DNA from: Steroidobacteraceae bacterium
GTDB lineage: Bacteria > Pseudomonadota > Gammaproteobacteria > Steroidobacterales > Steroidobacteraceae
DNA: 50,223 nucleotides
Assembly (NCBI GenBank): GCA_036501585.1
Contig: DASYAC010000188.1
Span: forward strand, 1 to 50,223
Direction of reading: 5' to 3'
Of this stretch, positions 10,882 through 18,487 are shown piece after piece. Every line of letters starts with the position of its first letter. Within the stretch, counting starts at the first letter, position 1. The notes beneath the pieces were generated by a model, which was given only the letters and a program-made list of their open reading frames with translations, ran no database searches and had not been told where the DNA came from. A program made the translations under genes and the position numbers.

Positions 10882-11661
10882 TTAGTCATAGGGCGGCGGC
10901 GCGGTGGAGGCGGGCGGCGGGGGATTGCTCCAGTGACTGCCGCGGGCCCTCATCTCGCCCGCTCGGTCCAGCGGCTCGCCGGACATCTCCCGCTCGGCGG
11001 CCTCGAGCACCGTCACCGGAATCGCGGAGCTCGCGGTCCGAAACCCCGAGTGGGCGACTTCCGATGCCGCAGGCTTCGCCAGCACCAGAATCTCCCAACG
11101 CCCCGCGTCGCTGCACGCGAGGCCGGCATCGGCGGCAAACACGAAAGTGCGGCAGTATCTCCCGGATTTTGCCACGAAGCTGAGCCCGATCCGCACAGCC
11201 GCGCCGGATGTGCCCGCGCCGGACAGCTGATCCGACAGCCCTGCGGCGAGAGCACCGCGGGCGAACAACGTGCCGTTCACACGTTCGATCGCTGACGAGT
11301 GGAAGTGACGCCAGGAGAAGAATCCCACGCCGACGGCGACCAGCACGCTCGCCGCCAACGAGTAGCGCCGGTGTGCCGTGGCGGCCTTGCGATGTTCCTT
11401 GGCGGCACGCGCGGTCCGAAGATCGAGGACGGAGGAGGCGTCCGGCGCGGGGCTCTGCAGCGCGGCCAAGAGCCGGTCCGGCACCGGTTCCTCGAGCTCG
11501 GCGGCGTACGCCGCCCGAAGCCGGCGGCGCAGGCCCCGGTACTGCTCGAGGCGCGCCCCGATGCTCGGATCCCGGCGGCCCGCCTCTTCGATCTCGGCGC
11601 CCGCAGCGGGATCCAGCTCACCGTCGACGTAAGCCGCGAGGGTCTCGTCGGAAAAGCTCAT
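10882..11661 (-). CDS. Anti-sigma factor (single-pass membrane protein)
   Basis: N-terminus MSFSDETLAAYVDGELDPAAGAEIEE is typical of ECF anti-sigma domains. One TM segment (YSLAASVLVAVGVGFFSW), then an extracytoplasmic domain of about 130 aa. ATGA overlap with the upstream ECF sigma gene. Confidence 0.85.
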   Translation of the reverse strand: MSFSDETLAAYVDGELDPAAGAEIEEAGRRDPSIGARLEQYRGLRRRLRAAYAAELEEPVPDRLLAALQSPAPDASSVLDLRTARAAKEHRKAATAHRRYSLAASVLVAVGVGFFSWRHFHSSAIERVNGTLFARGALAAGLSDQLSGAGTSGAAVRIGLSFVAKSGRYCRTFVFAADAGLACSDAGRWEILVLAKPAASEVAHSGFRTASSAIPVTVLEAAEREMSGEPLDRAGEMRARGSHWSNPPPPASTAPPPYD

Positions 11662-12170
11662 GTCTTTCTTCCTTCAGGCGGAGCCAGCATCCTCTGCAGC
11701 GCTTCGCGGCCGCGTGCGAGTCTGCTGGTGAGCGTGCCGATGGGGATCTCCAGCACCTCGGCGGCTTCCTTGTACGGCAATCCCTCGATCAGCACCAGGC
11801 TGACGGCGGCGCGCTGATCCTCGGGGAGTTTCGCCATCGCGGATTGCACGGACAGAAGATCGGCTTCCCGGTCGATCGCCGATTCGCCTACAAGTTCCCC
11901 GGCCTCGGCACCGACGAAGACCCGGCCCTGCCGGCCCCTCGAGCGAAGCTCATCGATCCAGGCGTTTCTGACGATCTTGAACATCCAGCTATCCAGGCGG
12001 GCGTCAGGTCTCCATTGGTCCAATCTAGCGAGCGCGCGTTCGACCGCGATCTGCACCATGTCATCGGCATCGTGCGGATTTCGCGCCAAATTGCGGGCGA
12101 AGCGCCGCAGACGGGGCAGCAAGGCCGCAATCTGCTCTCGGACGTTTTCGCTCGTTCCGGTCGTATTCAT
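11658..12170 (-). CDS. ECF-family RNA polymerase sigma factor
   Basis: 170 aa. Region 2 (DADDMVQIAVERAL, DSWMFKIVRNAWIDELR) and region 4 (LVLIEGLPYKEAAEVLEIPIGTLTSRLARGREAL). Confidence 0.9.
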   Translation of the reverse strand: MNTTGTSENVREQIAALLPRLRRFARNLARNPHDADDMVQIAVERALARLDQWRPDARLDSWMFKIVRNAWIDELRSRGRQGRVFVGAEAGELVGESAIDREADLLSVQSAMAKLPEDQRAAVSLVLIEGLPYKEAAEVLEIPIGTLTSRLARGREALQRMLAPPEGRKT

Positions 12171-12249
12171 CAGGAGATACGTTCGAACTGTGACGTTTCT
12201 TCCGCTCAGTGTAACCGCGGAGGAAATATCATCGGCGGGAGGTTCGGCG

Positions 12250-13494
12250 ATGAGATTTCTCCTTTCAATGGCGGCACTGGTCGCGGCGATGACGGTTGAG
12301 GCTCAGATCCGCCTACCGGCGCAGCTCCCTTCCCTGCCTTTGCCGGCCGTGCAGCAGAATCTGGGCGCGCTGAACGCCCTGAATGCCAATGCCGGAACCC
12401 TGCAGACGCTGAGCGATGTGCGTCGACAGGCGATTTCCCGCCTGATTCGAGCTAATCATCGCCTGATCGAAGCGGACCCGGACGGTGAGCCCATCGTGAG
12501 CGGCGAGATTCTGGCCGGGGCGATCGACGAGGAGACGCCATCGCGGTGGGCGGCCCTCGGTTTCACGGTCGAGCATACCGAGACGGTTTCCGGAGTGAAC
12601 TTCCGCCTGGTCGTGCTGAGAGTTCCCGAGCATCTCTCGACCCGGAAGGCGCTGCGGGAACTTCGTGAGGCCGATCCCCAGGGCAGCTACGATTACAATC
12701 ACATCTACCTGGCGAGCGGCGTCGACCTCACACCGGTGCCGGTCGCCGAAAGCATCGCGCCGCACGAGCCATCGGCCTCGCCCCGAATCCGGGTGGGTCT
12801 CGTGGATGCAGGCCTCGACGATACCCATCCTGCATTCCGCGGGTCGACCATACGTTCGTGGGGATGCGCCGGCAAGCGATTGCCGAGCGCTCACGGCACG
12901 GCCGTGGCCTCGCTCCTGGTCGCTCACGGGGCCGCCGAGCTCCATGCGGCGGACGTGTATTGCGGAAAGCCGACCGGAGGCTCCGTGAACCTCATCGTCG
13001 CGGCGCTCGGTTGGATGGCCGAGGAGCAGGTCGCCGTGATCAACATCAGTCTGGTCGGGCCCAAGAATGTGTTACTCGAGCACATCGTCGGGGCGCTGGT
13101 CGCGCGCGGTCATCTCGTCGTGGCAGCGGTGGGCAACGACGGTCCCGCGGCGCCCCCTCTCTATCCCGCGGCGTACGCCGGCGTGGTGGGAGTGACCGCG
13201 GTCGACGCGCATCGGCGGGTGCTCATCGAGGCGGAGCGCGGACCTCAAGTGATGTTCGCCGCTCAGGGAGCGGATCTCAAGGCCGCCGATCTCGCGCACG
13301 GCTACGCTGCCGTGCGCGGCACATCGTTCGCCGCACCGACGGTGGCGGCACTGCTGGCGCCGATGGTTGAAGCGCCGGACCGCCAGAGATCGTTCGACGC
13401 CCTCGATACGTTGGCCAAGCAAGCCGTCCATCTCGGGTCCGCCGGCAGGGATTTGACATATGGATATGGGCTCGTGGGCGCGGACTCTCATTAA
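12250..13494 (+). CDS. Secreted S8 (subtilisin-family) serine peptidase
   Basis: Signal peptide MRFLLSMAALVAAMTVEA. Catalytic triad contexts GLVDAGLDDTHPAF (Asp), HGTAVASLL (His) and GTSFAAPTVAALLA (Ser). ORF-track start 11977 overlaps the sigma gene, so trimmed to ATG 12250. Confidence 0.88.
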   Translation: MRFLLSMAALVAAMTVEAQIRLPAQLPSLPLPAVQQNLGALNALNANAGTLQTLSDVRRQAISRLIRANHRLIEADPDGEPIVSGEILAGAIDEETPSRWAALGFTVEHTETVSGVNFRLVVLRVPEHLSTRKALRELREADPQGSYDYNHIYLASGVDLTPVPVAESIAPHEPSASPRIRVGLVDAGLDDTHPAFRGSTIRSWGCAGKRLPSAHGTAVASLLVAHGAAELHAADVYCGKPTGGSVNLIVAALGWMAEEQVAVINISLVGPKNVLLEHIVGALVARGHLVVAAVGNDGPAAPPLYPAAYAGVVGVTAVDAHRRVLIEAERGPQVMFAAQGADLKAADLAHGYAAVRGTSFAAPTVAALLAPMVEAPDRQRSFDALDTLAKQAVHLGSAGRDLTYGYGLVGADSH

Positions 13495-13578
13495 GAAATC
13501 GCAACGGAAGAAACCGCTCGTCTCCCTCGTATCACCGGTGAAGGTCGCGGAAATGCCGCGATCACACAGGAGACGACA

Positions 13579-14124
13579 ATGAATACTAAACAGACGATGG
13601 CGGCGGCCGCGGCGGTTGCGACGGTGTTGGCGCTGGCCTCGCCGGCCCATGCGGGTCATCTGGGCGGCGGCCTGGGCGGTCTGGGCGGCGGTCTGGGCGG
13701 TGGATTCGGCGGCGTCGGTGGCCTCGGCGGAGCGGGCAGTCTCGGTGGCGGCGCTGCATTCCGCTCCCAGGGAGGGTTGGACGGTGCCGTGAAAACCCCC
13801 GATGCGCACACCGTCAAGCAGACGGCGGGCAAGGTCGATTCGACCGCCAAGTCGGCGACCAGCGAAGCTACGGGCAAGGTCGATTCGACCGCCAAGTCCG
13901 CCACCGGCAATATCGCAGGCCAGGTCGATTCGACGGCCGCGGCGGCCTCAACGGCGAAGCCCGCGAGCTCGCTGGGCGCGGCAGGCAGCACGACTCAATC
14001 CGCGGTCGTTGGCCAGCACAGTGTCTCTGGAAACGAGAGTGGGTCGGTCAACGCCCAGCGCGCGCCGAAGGCGACCCCGGTGGCGGCCTCGGGCAATGCC
14101 TCGGTCGGTGGGTCCGCGAATTGA
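13579..14124 (+). CDS. Secreted glycine-rich repeat protein (hypothetical)
   Basis: AGGAG Shine-Dalgarno sequence. Signal peptide ending ASPAHA. GGLGG-type Gly tract, then three 15-aa repeats (GKVDSTAKSAT...). A strong hairpin follows the stop. Confidence 0.7.
   Translation: MNTKQTMAAAAAVATVLALASPAHAGHLGGGLGGLGGGLGGGFGGVGGLGGAGSLGGGAAFRSQGGLDGAVKTPDAHTVKQTAGKVDSTAKSATSEATGKVDSTAKSATGNIAGQVDSTAAAASTAKPASSLGAAGSTTQSAVVGQHSVSGNESGSVNAQRAPKATPVAASGNASVGGSAN
13828..13962 (+). repeat. Three tandem 45-nt coding repeats (GKVDSTAKSATSEAT / GKVDSTAKSATGNIA / GQVDSTAAAASTAKP)
   Basis: Read directly: ggcaaggtcgattcgaccgccaagtc recurs at 13828 and 13873. A degenerate third copy starts at 13918. Confidence 0.85.
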
Positions 14125-14136
14125 TGAGTGAAGATC

Positions 14137-14171
14137 ACGGGGCGTACTTCCTGCGGCGAAGTACGCCCCGT
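14137..14171. terminator. Bidirectional intrinsic-terminator-like hairpin between the Gly-rich protein gene and osmC
   Basis: Perfect 14-bp stem (acggggcgtacttc / gaagtacgccccgt) with 7-nt loop ctgcggc, lying between convergent genes. The U-tract is weak. Confidence 0.6.
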
Positions 14172-14219
14172 CGCGTGTTCTAAATCCCGCACTCGGCGCC
14201 CTGACGCTGGGTGAGCCCC

Positions 14220-14660
14220 TCAGTCTTTGCGGAGCACCGCAGTCAGCGCGATTTCCGGAACACTCGCCAGCGCCTTGGAAAGCGGGCAATCCGCTTTGGC
14301 CTTGGCCGCAATTTTCTGAAAGGTCGGCTCATCGATTCCGGGCACGCTGGCCTCGAGCGTCAGGGCAATGTGTTCGATCGAGAAGCCCCCGCCCTTCATG
14401 ACCAGGCGTACGGCGGCTTTGGTGTCGACGTTCTTGGTGTCGAAGCCCGCCGCATCGCAGGCAAACGAGAACGCCATGGTGAAGCACGCGGCATGTGCGG
14501 CGGCCAACAGCTCCTCTGGGTTGGTACCCTTCTTGTCATCCTCGAATCGGCTGGCAAACCCGTACGGATAGGCCTGCAGCGCGGCTGTTTCGGTGCTGAT
14601 CCGGCCAACGCCCTTCTTGCCTCGACCTTCCCAGTGCACGGTGGCGATCTTGTCGGCCAT
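14220..14660 (-). CDS. osmC: OsmC-family peroxiredoxin
   Basis: 146 aa. MADKIATVHWEGRGKKG, TNPEELLAAAHAACF and KADCPLSKAL carry the two conserved Cys contexts of OsmC. AAGGAG Shine-Dalgarno sequence before ATG 14660 (ORF-track start 14693 trimmed). Confidence 0.88.
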   Translation of the reverse strand: MADKIATVHWEGRGKKGVGRISTETAALQAYPYGFASRFEDDKKGTNPEELLAAAHAACFTMAFSFACDAAGFDTKNVDTKAAVRLVMKGGGFSIEHIALTLEASVPGIDEPTFQKIAAKAKADCPLSKALASVPEIALTAVLRKD

Positions 14661-14709
14661 GGCGGCTCCTTTCGTGATGTGACTAACGATCACGGAAGGC
14701 TACTACGAT

Positions 14710-14725
14710 TGGCACGTCATTTGCT
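14710..14725 (+). promoter_or_regulatory. Sigma-54 (-24/-12) promoter upstream of fliK
   Basis: TGGCACgtcatTTGCT matches TGGCAC-N5-TTGCW with exact GG/GC spacing, 10 nt upstream of the fliK ATG. Confidence 0.75.
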
Positions 14726-14735
14726 CAATACAGGC

Positions 14736-16457
14736 ATGAACTCAGTAACCATCGCTTTCAAGGCACCCGTGGTTTCGGTTGCCAAGGCCCCTGCCCCGAG
14801 TGCCGCCGCCTCGCAAGCGAGCGCCCAATCGGCCGATTCGACCAGGAATACCGACGGCACGTCGGATTTCGCGGGCACGTGGAGTCAAGTGAACGGCAAG
14901 CCGGCCAAGAAAAGCGAACCGGCCAAGGGCCGGCCGGCCGCGGCGGGCGGCGGCCCCTTGCCGGCCGCCGGCAGCGCATCGCCGCCTGCCGCCGCGGCCG
15001 TGTCGACGGCCGCCGCGTCGGCGCCGGCCGCCTCGACCAGCCCGGGGGAGAGTACGGCCGCTGCGGGCGCCGTCGCTTCCGCGGCCGGGGCGAGCAGCGG
15101 GACGATCGGAGCGGGATCCGGGACACCAGCCGGAAGCGCGGATTCGGCCGCCGGCGCTCAATTTTCGAGCCCGGATGGTTCCGCCGCCGGCGATCTGGCG
15201 GCCGCGGGCGCGACGGGCGGTGCCGCCCCAGCCGCCCCGGCTGGCGGTGCCACCCCAGGAACCGCGGGCTCCGCGGCAGGCAGTCTTTCAGACGCCGTCG
15301 CGAAATCAGCGGCCGCAGCGGCCAACGTTTCGCCTCCGCCCGGTACCGTGGGCGGCGCCGGGCAGAGTGCCGGCACTACTACGGGCAACGCGGTGATCGC
15401 CGGTAAGGCCTCCACCACGAGCAATGCGCCCGCATCGGCATCATCGGCGGGCTCCGCGGGGTCCAGCTCCACCGGGGCGGCCGCGACCGCCGGCGTCTCC
15501 AGCGCAGCCCCGGGACCCGCCTCGGGCGCTGCGACCCATCCGGCGGCGGGCGGAGGGAGCGCGGCGTTCGCAAACGATCAGAGCACTGGCAATTCCGACG
15601 GCGTGAACGGAACCCAAGGTGGTTCGAGCGCCGGTCCCGGCCAACCGGGTCAGCCGCAAATCAATCTCGCACTCGCCGAGGGTTCCGATGCCACCGGTGC
15701 GACAGCCGTCGCACTGCAGGCCGCCAACGCGGCAGCCTCGACGCCGCCGGCCCCGATGACGGTGCCCGCGATGCCGGGCGTGGCTCCTCCGAACGTCCCG
15801 GACGGCTCGGGATCGGTTTCTGCAGTAGCGCCGGTGCCGACGGCCTTGCCGGCCGCGTCGGGGTCGACGGGCCTCGCCAGCGACGGCAGCTCCCACGCAC
15901 ACGGCGGAGCAGGCGGCTCCGGAACGGGGCTCGGCGGCAACGGCAGTGACGGCGCCGCCGCCCTGCAGCAACTCACTTCCGCGACGGCCTCGCCCTCGAC
16001 CGATTCGGCCCCCGCTGCGACGGTGCGCGTTCACGCGCCGGTCGACAGCGCGGATTTTCCCCAGGGTGTGGCGGACGGCGTGTCCTTCGCGGTCGACAAC
16101 AATTGGAGCAGCGCCAAGCTGCAGGTGAATCCTCCGCAGCTCGGGCCGATCGACCTGCAGATCGCGGTTCAAGGCGATCACGCTCAGGTCATGATGAGCA
16201 CGCACAGCGCGGTGACGCGCGAAGCGCTGGAATCGAGCCTGCCCAAGCTCAAGGAAATGCTGGGATCCCAGGGGTTCACGCAGGTCAGCGTCGACATCTC
16301 TCAGCGCTCGTTTCAAGACCGCTCTGCCTTCAGCCAGCCCTACACGTGGGCGAAGCCGGCATCGGGGACTTCTTCGGCTGTGGCGGCAGCTCCCGTGACG
16401 GCGCCGTCGAGCGCCGTAACCCGCGCCTCGGTCGGGGTGGTGGACGCTTACGCCTGA
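14736..16457 (+). CDS. fliK: Flagellar hook-length control protein FliK
   Basis: C-terminal Flg_hook-like domain (AKLQVNPPQLGPIDLQIAVQGDHAQVMMSTHSAVTREALESSLPKLKEMLGSQGF). Long Ala/Gly/Ser/Pro-rich central region. ORF-track start 14211 is antisense to osmC, so trimmed to ATG 14736 (GTG 14769 alternative). Confidence 0.85.
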   Translation: MNSVTIAFKAPVVSVAKAPAPSAAASQASAQSADSTRNTDGTSDFAGTWSQVNGKPAKKSEPAKGRPAAAGGGPLPAAGSASPPAAAAVSTAAASAPAASTSPGESTAAAGAVASAAGASSGTIGAGSGTPAGSADSAAGAQFSSPDGSAAGDLAAAGATGGAAPAAPAGGATPGTAGSAAGSLSDAVAKSAAAAANVSPPPGTVGGAGQSAGTTTGNAVIAGKASTTSNAPASASSAGSAGSSSTGAAATAGVSSAAPGPASGAATHPAAGGGSAAFANDQSTGNSDGVNGTQGGSSAGPGQPGQPQINLALAEGSDATGATAVALQAANAAASTPPAPMTVPAMPGVAPPNVPDGSGSVSAVAPVPTALPAASGSTGLASDGSSHAHGGAGGSGTGLGGNGSDGAAALQQLTSATASPSTDSAPAATVRVHAPVDSADFPQGVADGVSFAVDNNWSSAKLQVNPPQLGPIDLQIAVQGDHAQVMMSTHSAVTREALESSLPKLKEMLGSQGFTQVSVDISQRSFQDRSAFSQPYTWAKPASGTSSAVAAAPVTAPSSAVTRASVGVVDAYA

Positions 16458-16503
16458 AGCCCCGTCGGGCGGTGCCCACGGTCGAGGCCGTGAGCGAGGG
16501 CGG

Positions 16504-17235
16504 TCACGCCAGGCCGCCGCTGATGGATATGATTTGTCCGGTGATGTAGGCGGCTTCGGCCGAGGCCAGATAGGCCACCAGACTCGCCACCTCGTCCGCC
16601 GTTCCCGCCCGTTTCATCGGCACGAGATTCGCAATCGTGGCGGCGTCGAACACCGGATCGCTCATGTCGCTCGCGATGACGCCGGGGGCCACCGCATTCA
16701 CCGTGATCCCGCGGCTCGCGACCTCGAGGCTCAGCGACTTGGTGGCCGCGTTCAGCGCGCCCTTGGCCGCAGCGTAGTTGACTTGACCGCGGTTGCCGAT
16801 GAGGGCCGTCACGGAGGACAGGGTGATCACCCGTCCCCAACGCGTGCGAATCATCGGCAACATGAGGGGTTGAGTCACGTTGTAGAAGCCGTTCAACGAC
16901 ACGTCGAGCACCCGCCGCCATTGATCCACGCTCATTCCCGGGAATGCGGCATCGTCGTGCACTCCCGCGCCATTCACCAGGATCTGGACGGGCGCCTCGT
17001 CGAGCAGCCGCTCGAGGACCGACCGGGCCGCCTCGGTGTCGGTGACGTCGAACGCCACCGGGCGCGCCTGTCCTCCGGCGTCGATGATCTCGCGCGCCAC
17101 TGCCTGTGCCTCGTCGAGCCTGCGATTTGCGTGCACGTACACGAAGTGGCCGGCGGCGCCGAGGCGGCGGCAGATCGCGGCACCGAGGCTGCCGCTGCCG
17201 CCCGTGACCAAGGCCATCTTGGGCGATCGGCTCAC
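16504..17235 (-). CDS. 3-oxoacyl-ACP reductase (SDR, FabG-like; aryl-polyene ketoreductase)
   Basis: Rossmann motif TGGSGSLG; catalytic YAAAKGAL (YxxxK). GTGA overlap with the upstream dehydratase gene. Confidence 0.9.
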   Translation of the reverse strand: MSRSPKMALVTGGSGSLGAAICRRLGAAGHFVYVHANRRLDEAQAVAREIIDAGGQARPVAFDVTDTEAARSVLERLLDEAPVQILVNGAGVHDDAAFPGMSVDQWRRVLDVSLNGFYNVTQPLMLPMIRTRWGRVITLSSVTALIGNRGQVNYAAAKGALNAATKSLSLEVASRGITVNAVAPGVIASDMSDPVFDAATIANLVPMKRAGTADEVASLVAYLASAEAAYITGQIISISGGLA

Positions 17236-17726
17236 CGCGCCGCCCCGTCCCCTGCGCCGCGATCCAGGTCGAGAACGACAGCAGCCCGCCCGCTGATCAG
17301 CCGCTTAGCCGACGATCGCAGTTCGAATTCGTATAGCGCAGTCCCTTGATCGCCCATGATGCGCACCGCCTCGCAAAGCAGATCCGATTGCACGTCATCC
17401 AGACGCAAGGCCCACAGACGCACGCCGCGAACGCTGGCCAGAAGCCCGGCGCGAGGTCTGCCTTCGGAATCCTCCGCCAGGATCGCGCCGTGCACGGCCA
17501 TCGCTTGTGCCGCCAATTCTATACCGCAGGCGACGCCGAGCCTGCCGTGCGAACGCAGCGGGTGATCCACGGCACGGTGGCCGCCGCTCGAGCACAGGAT
17601 GCGCTCCGCGCTCCACTCGACCACCTCGTCGATGAGACACATCCTTCCCTGGTGCGGAATGCGCCGCTCGATCCAGGCGCGGTCGATCTTCAGCGGCACG
17701 GCGCCACTTCCACGCCAAGGTTCCAC
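17232..17726 (-). CDS. Hotdog-fold 3-hydroxyacyl-ACP dehydratase (FabA/FabZ-like)
   Basis: About 160 aa. RIPHQGRMCLIDEV active-site His context. Lies between the chain-length factor and the ketoreductase. GTG 17699 is an alternative start. Confidence 0.75.
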   Translation of the reverse strand: MEPWRGSGAVPLKIDRAWIERRIPHQGRMCLIDEVVEWSAERILCSSGGHRAVDHPLRSHGRLGVACGIELAAQAMAVHGAILAEDSEGRPRAGLLASVRGVRLWALRLDDVQSDLLCEAVRIMGDQGTALYEFELRSSAKRLISGRAAVVLDLDRGAGDGAAR

Positions 17727-18487
17727 ACATCCAGATACTCGAGGACGACACGCCCCGGCTCGCCGAGCGCGAGCTGTCTGATCAGGGGCAGCGCGCGCGC
17801 GGCCGGAATGGAGCGGCGAAGCGCCTCGAGCCGCGGATCCCGCAGGGTGTCTGCGCGCCCCGCCTCGAGCGCCGCTTCGAGCCGCGCCGCCGACCGCTCA
17901 TCGCGTTTCGGCGTCAGGACCAGGGCCACTCCGAAGGCGTCCGGCACGGGCCGCTTGGCGTGCAGGGGCTCGGGATACTCGGTGTCGTAGGCGACCAGCA
18001 GGACCGGTTGCCGGTCCACGCTCACTTGCGCGAGCGCTTCCAGGAGGCCCGCGCAAAAGCTGCCGTCGAAGGCACAGAGCACCGTCGAGGCCGGCGTCGC
18101 GCCGGTCGCGATGCTCCAGTAGCCCGCGGACGCATTGTGAACCGAGTTGGAGAAACGGGTCGGCGAGATATCGCGCGGCTCGGACGCGAGCGCCTGACAG
18201 ATCTCGTGACAGTTGTGTCCGTCTCCACCGGAGGAGGAGAACACGCTCCGCAGATGCTCGGACGCCGCGCCGGCGTGTGCCACGGCCTCGGAGGCGATCG
18301 CCAGCGCGAGTTTCACGACACGTCCGGTCCGGCGCCGCTCCGTCGGCGGCAGAGGCGAGGGTACAGGCAGCACGGCCGGCGCCGGCGCGTATTCGCGACG
18401 GCCGGCGAGCACCGCCGAGGTGCCAGGCCAATCGGAGAACCCCGGCCCAAGGATGCCGATGCCTTGAACGAATGCCTCGAGGCTCAT
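17690..18487 (-). CDS. Beta-ketoacyl synthase-like chain-length factor (no active-site Cys)
   Basis: KS N-terminal-like fold without the CASS cysteine. ATG 18487 forms an ATGA overlap with the KS stop (ORF-track start 18514 trimmed). Confidence 0.75.
   Translation of the reverse strand: MSLEAFVQGIGILGPGFSDWPGTSAVLAGRREYAPAPAVLPVPSPLPPTERRRTGRVVKLALAIASEAVAHAGAASEHLRSVFSSSGGDGHNCHEICQALASEPRDISPTRFSNSVHNASAGYWSIATGATPASTVLCAFDGSFCAGLLEALAQVSVDRQPVLLVAYDTEYPEPLHAKRPVPDAFGVALVLTPKRDERSAARLEAALEAGRADTLRDPRLEALRRSIPAARALPLIRQLALGEPGRVVLEYLDVWNLGVEVAPCR

Noticed and set aside
12171-12249. Search for an ECF-type promoter (AAC-N16/17-CGT) in the divergent sigma/S8 intergenic region.
   Set aside because: Only partial matches were found: GAAAC...CGTAT with about 13-nt spacing toward the sigma gene, and GTAACC with no CGT toward S8. 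The spacing is wrong, so no promoter is claimed.
16458-16503. Possible hairpin (ccgtcgggcggtgcccacgg) between convergent fliK and the ketoreductase gene.
   Set aside because: The stem has two mismatches and no U-tract, so it is not convincing as an intrinsic terminator.
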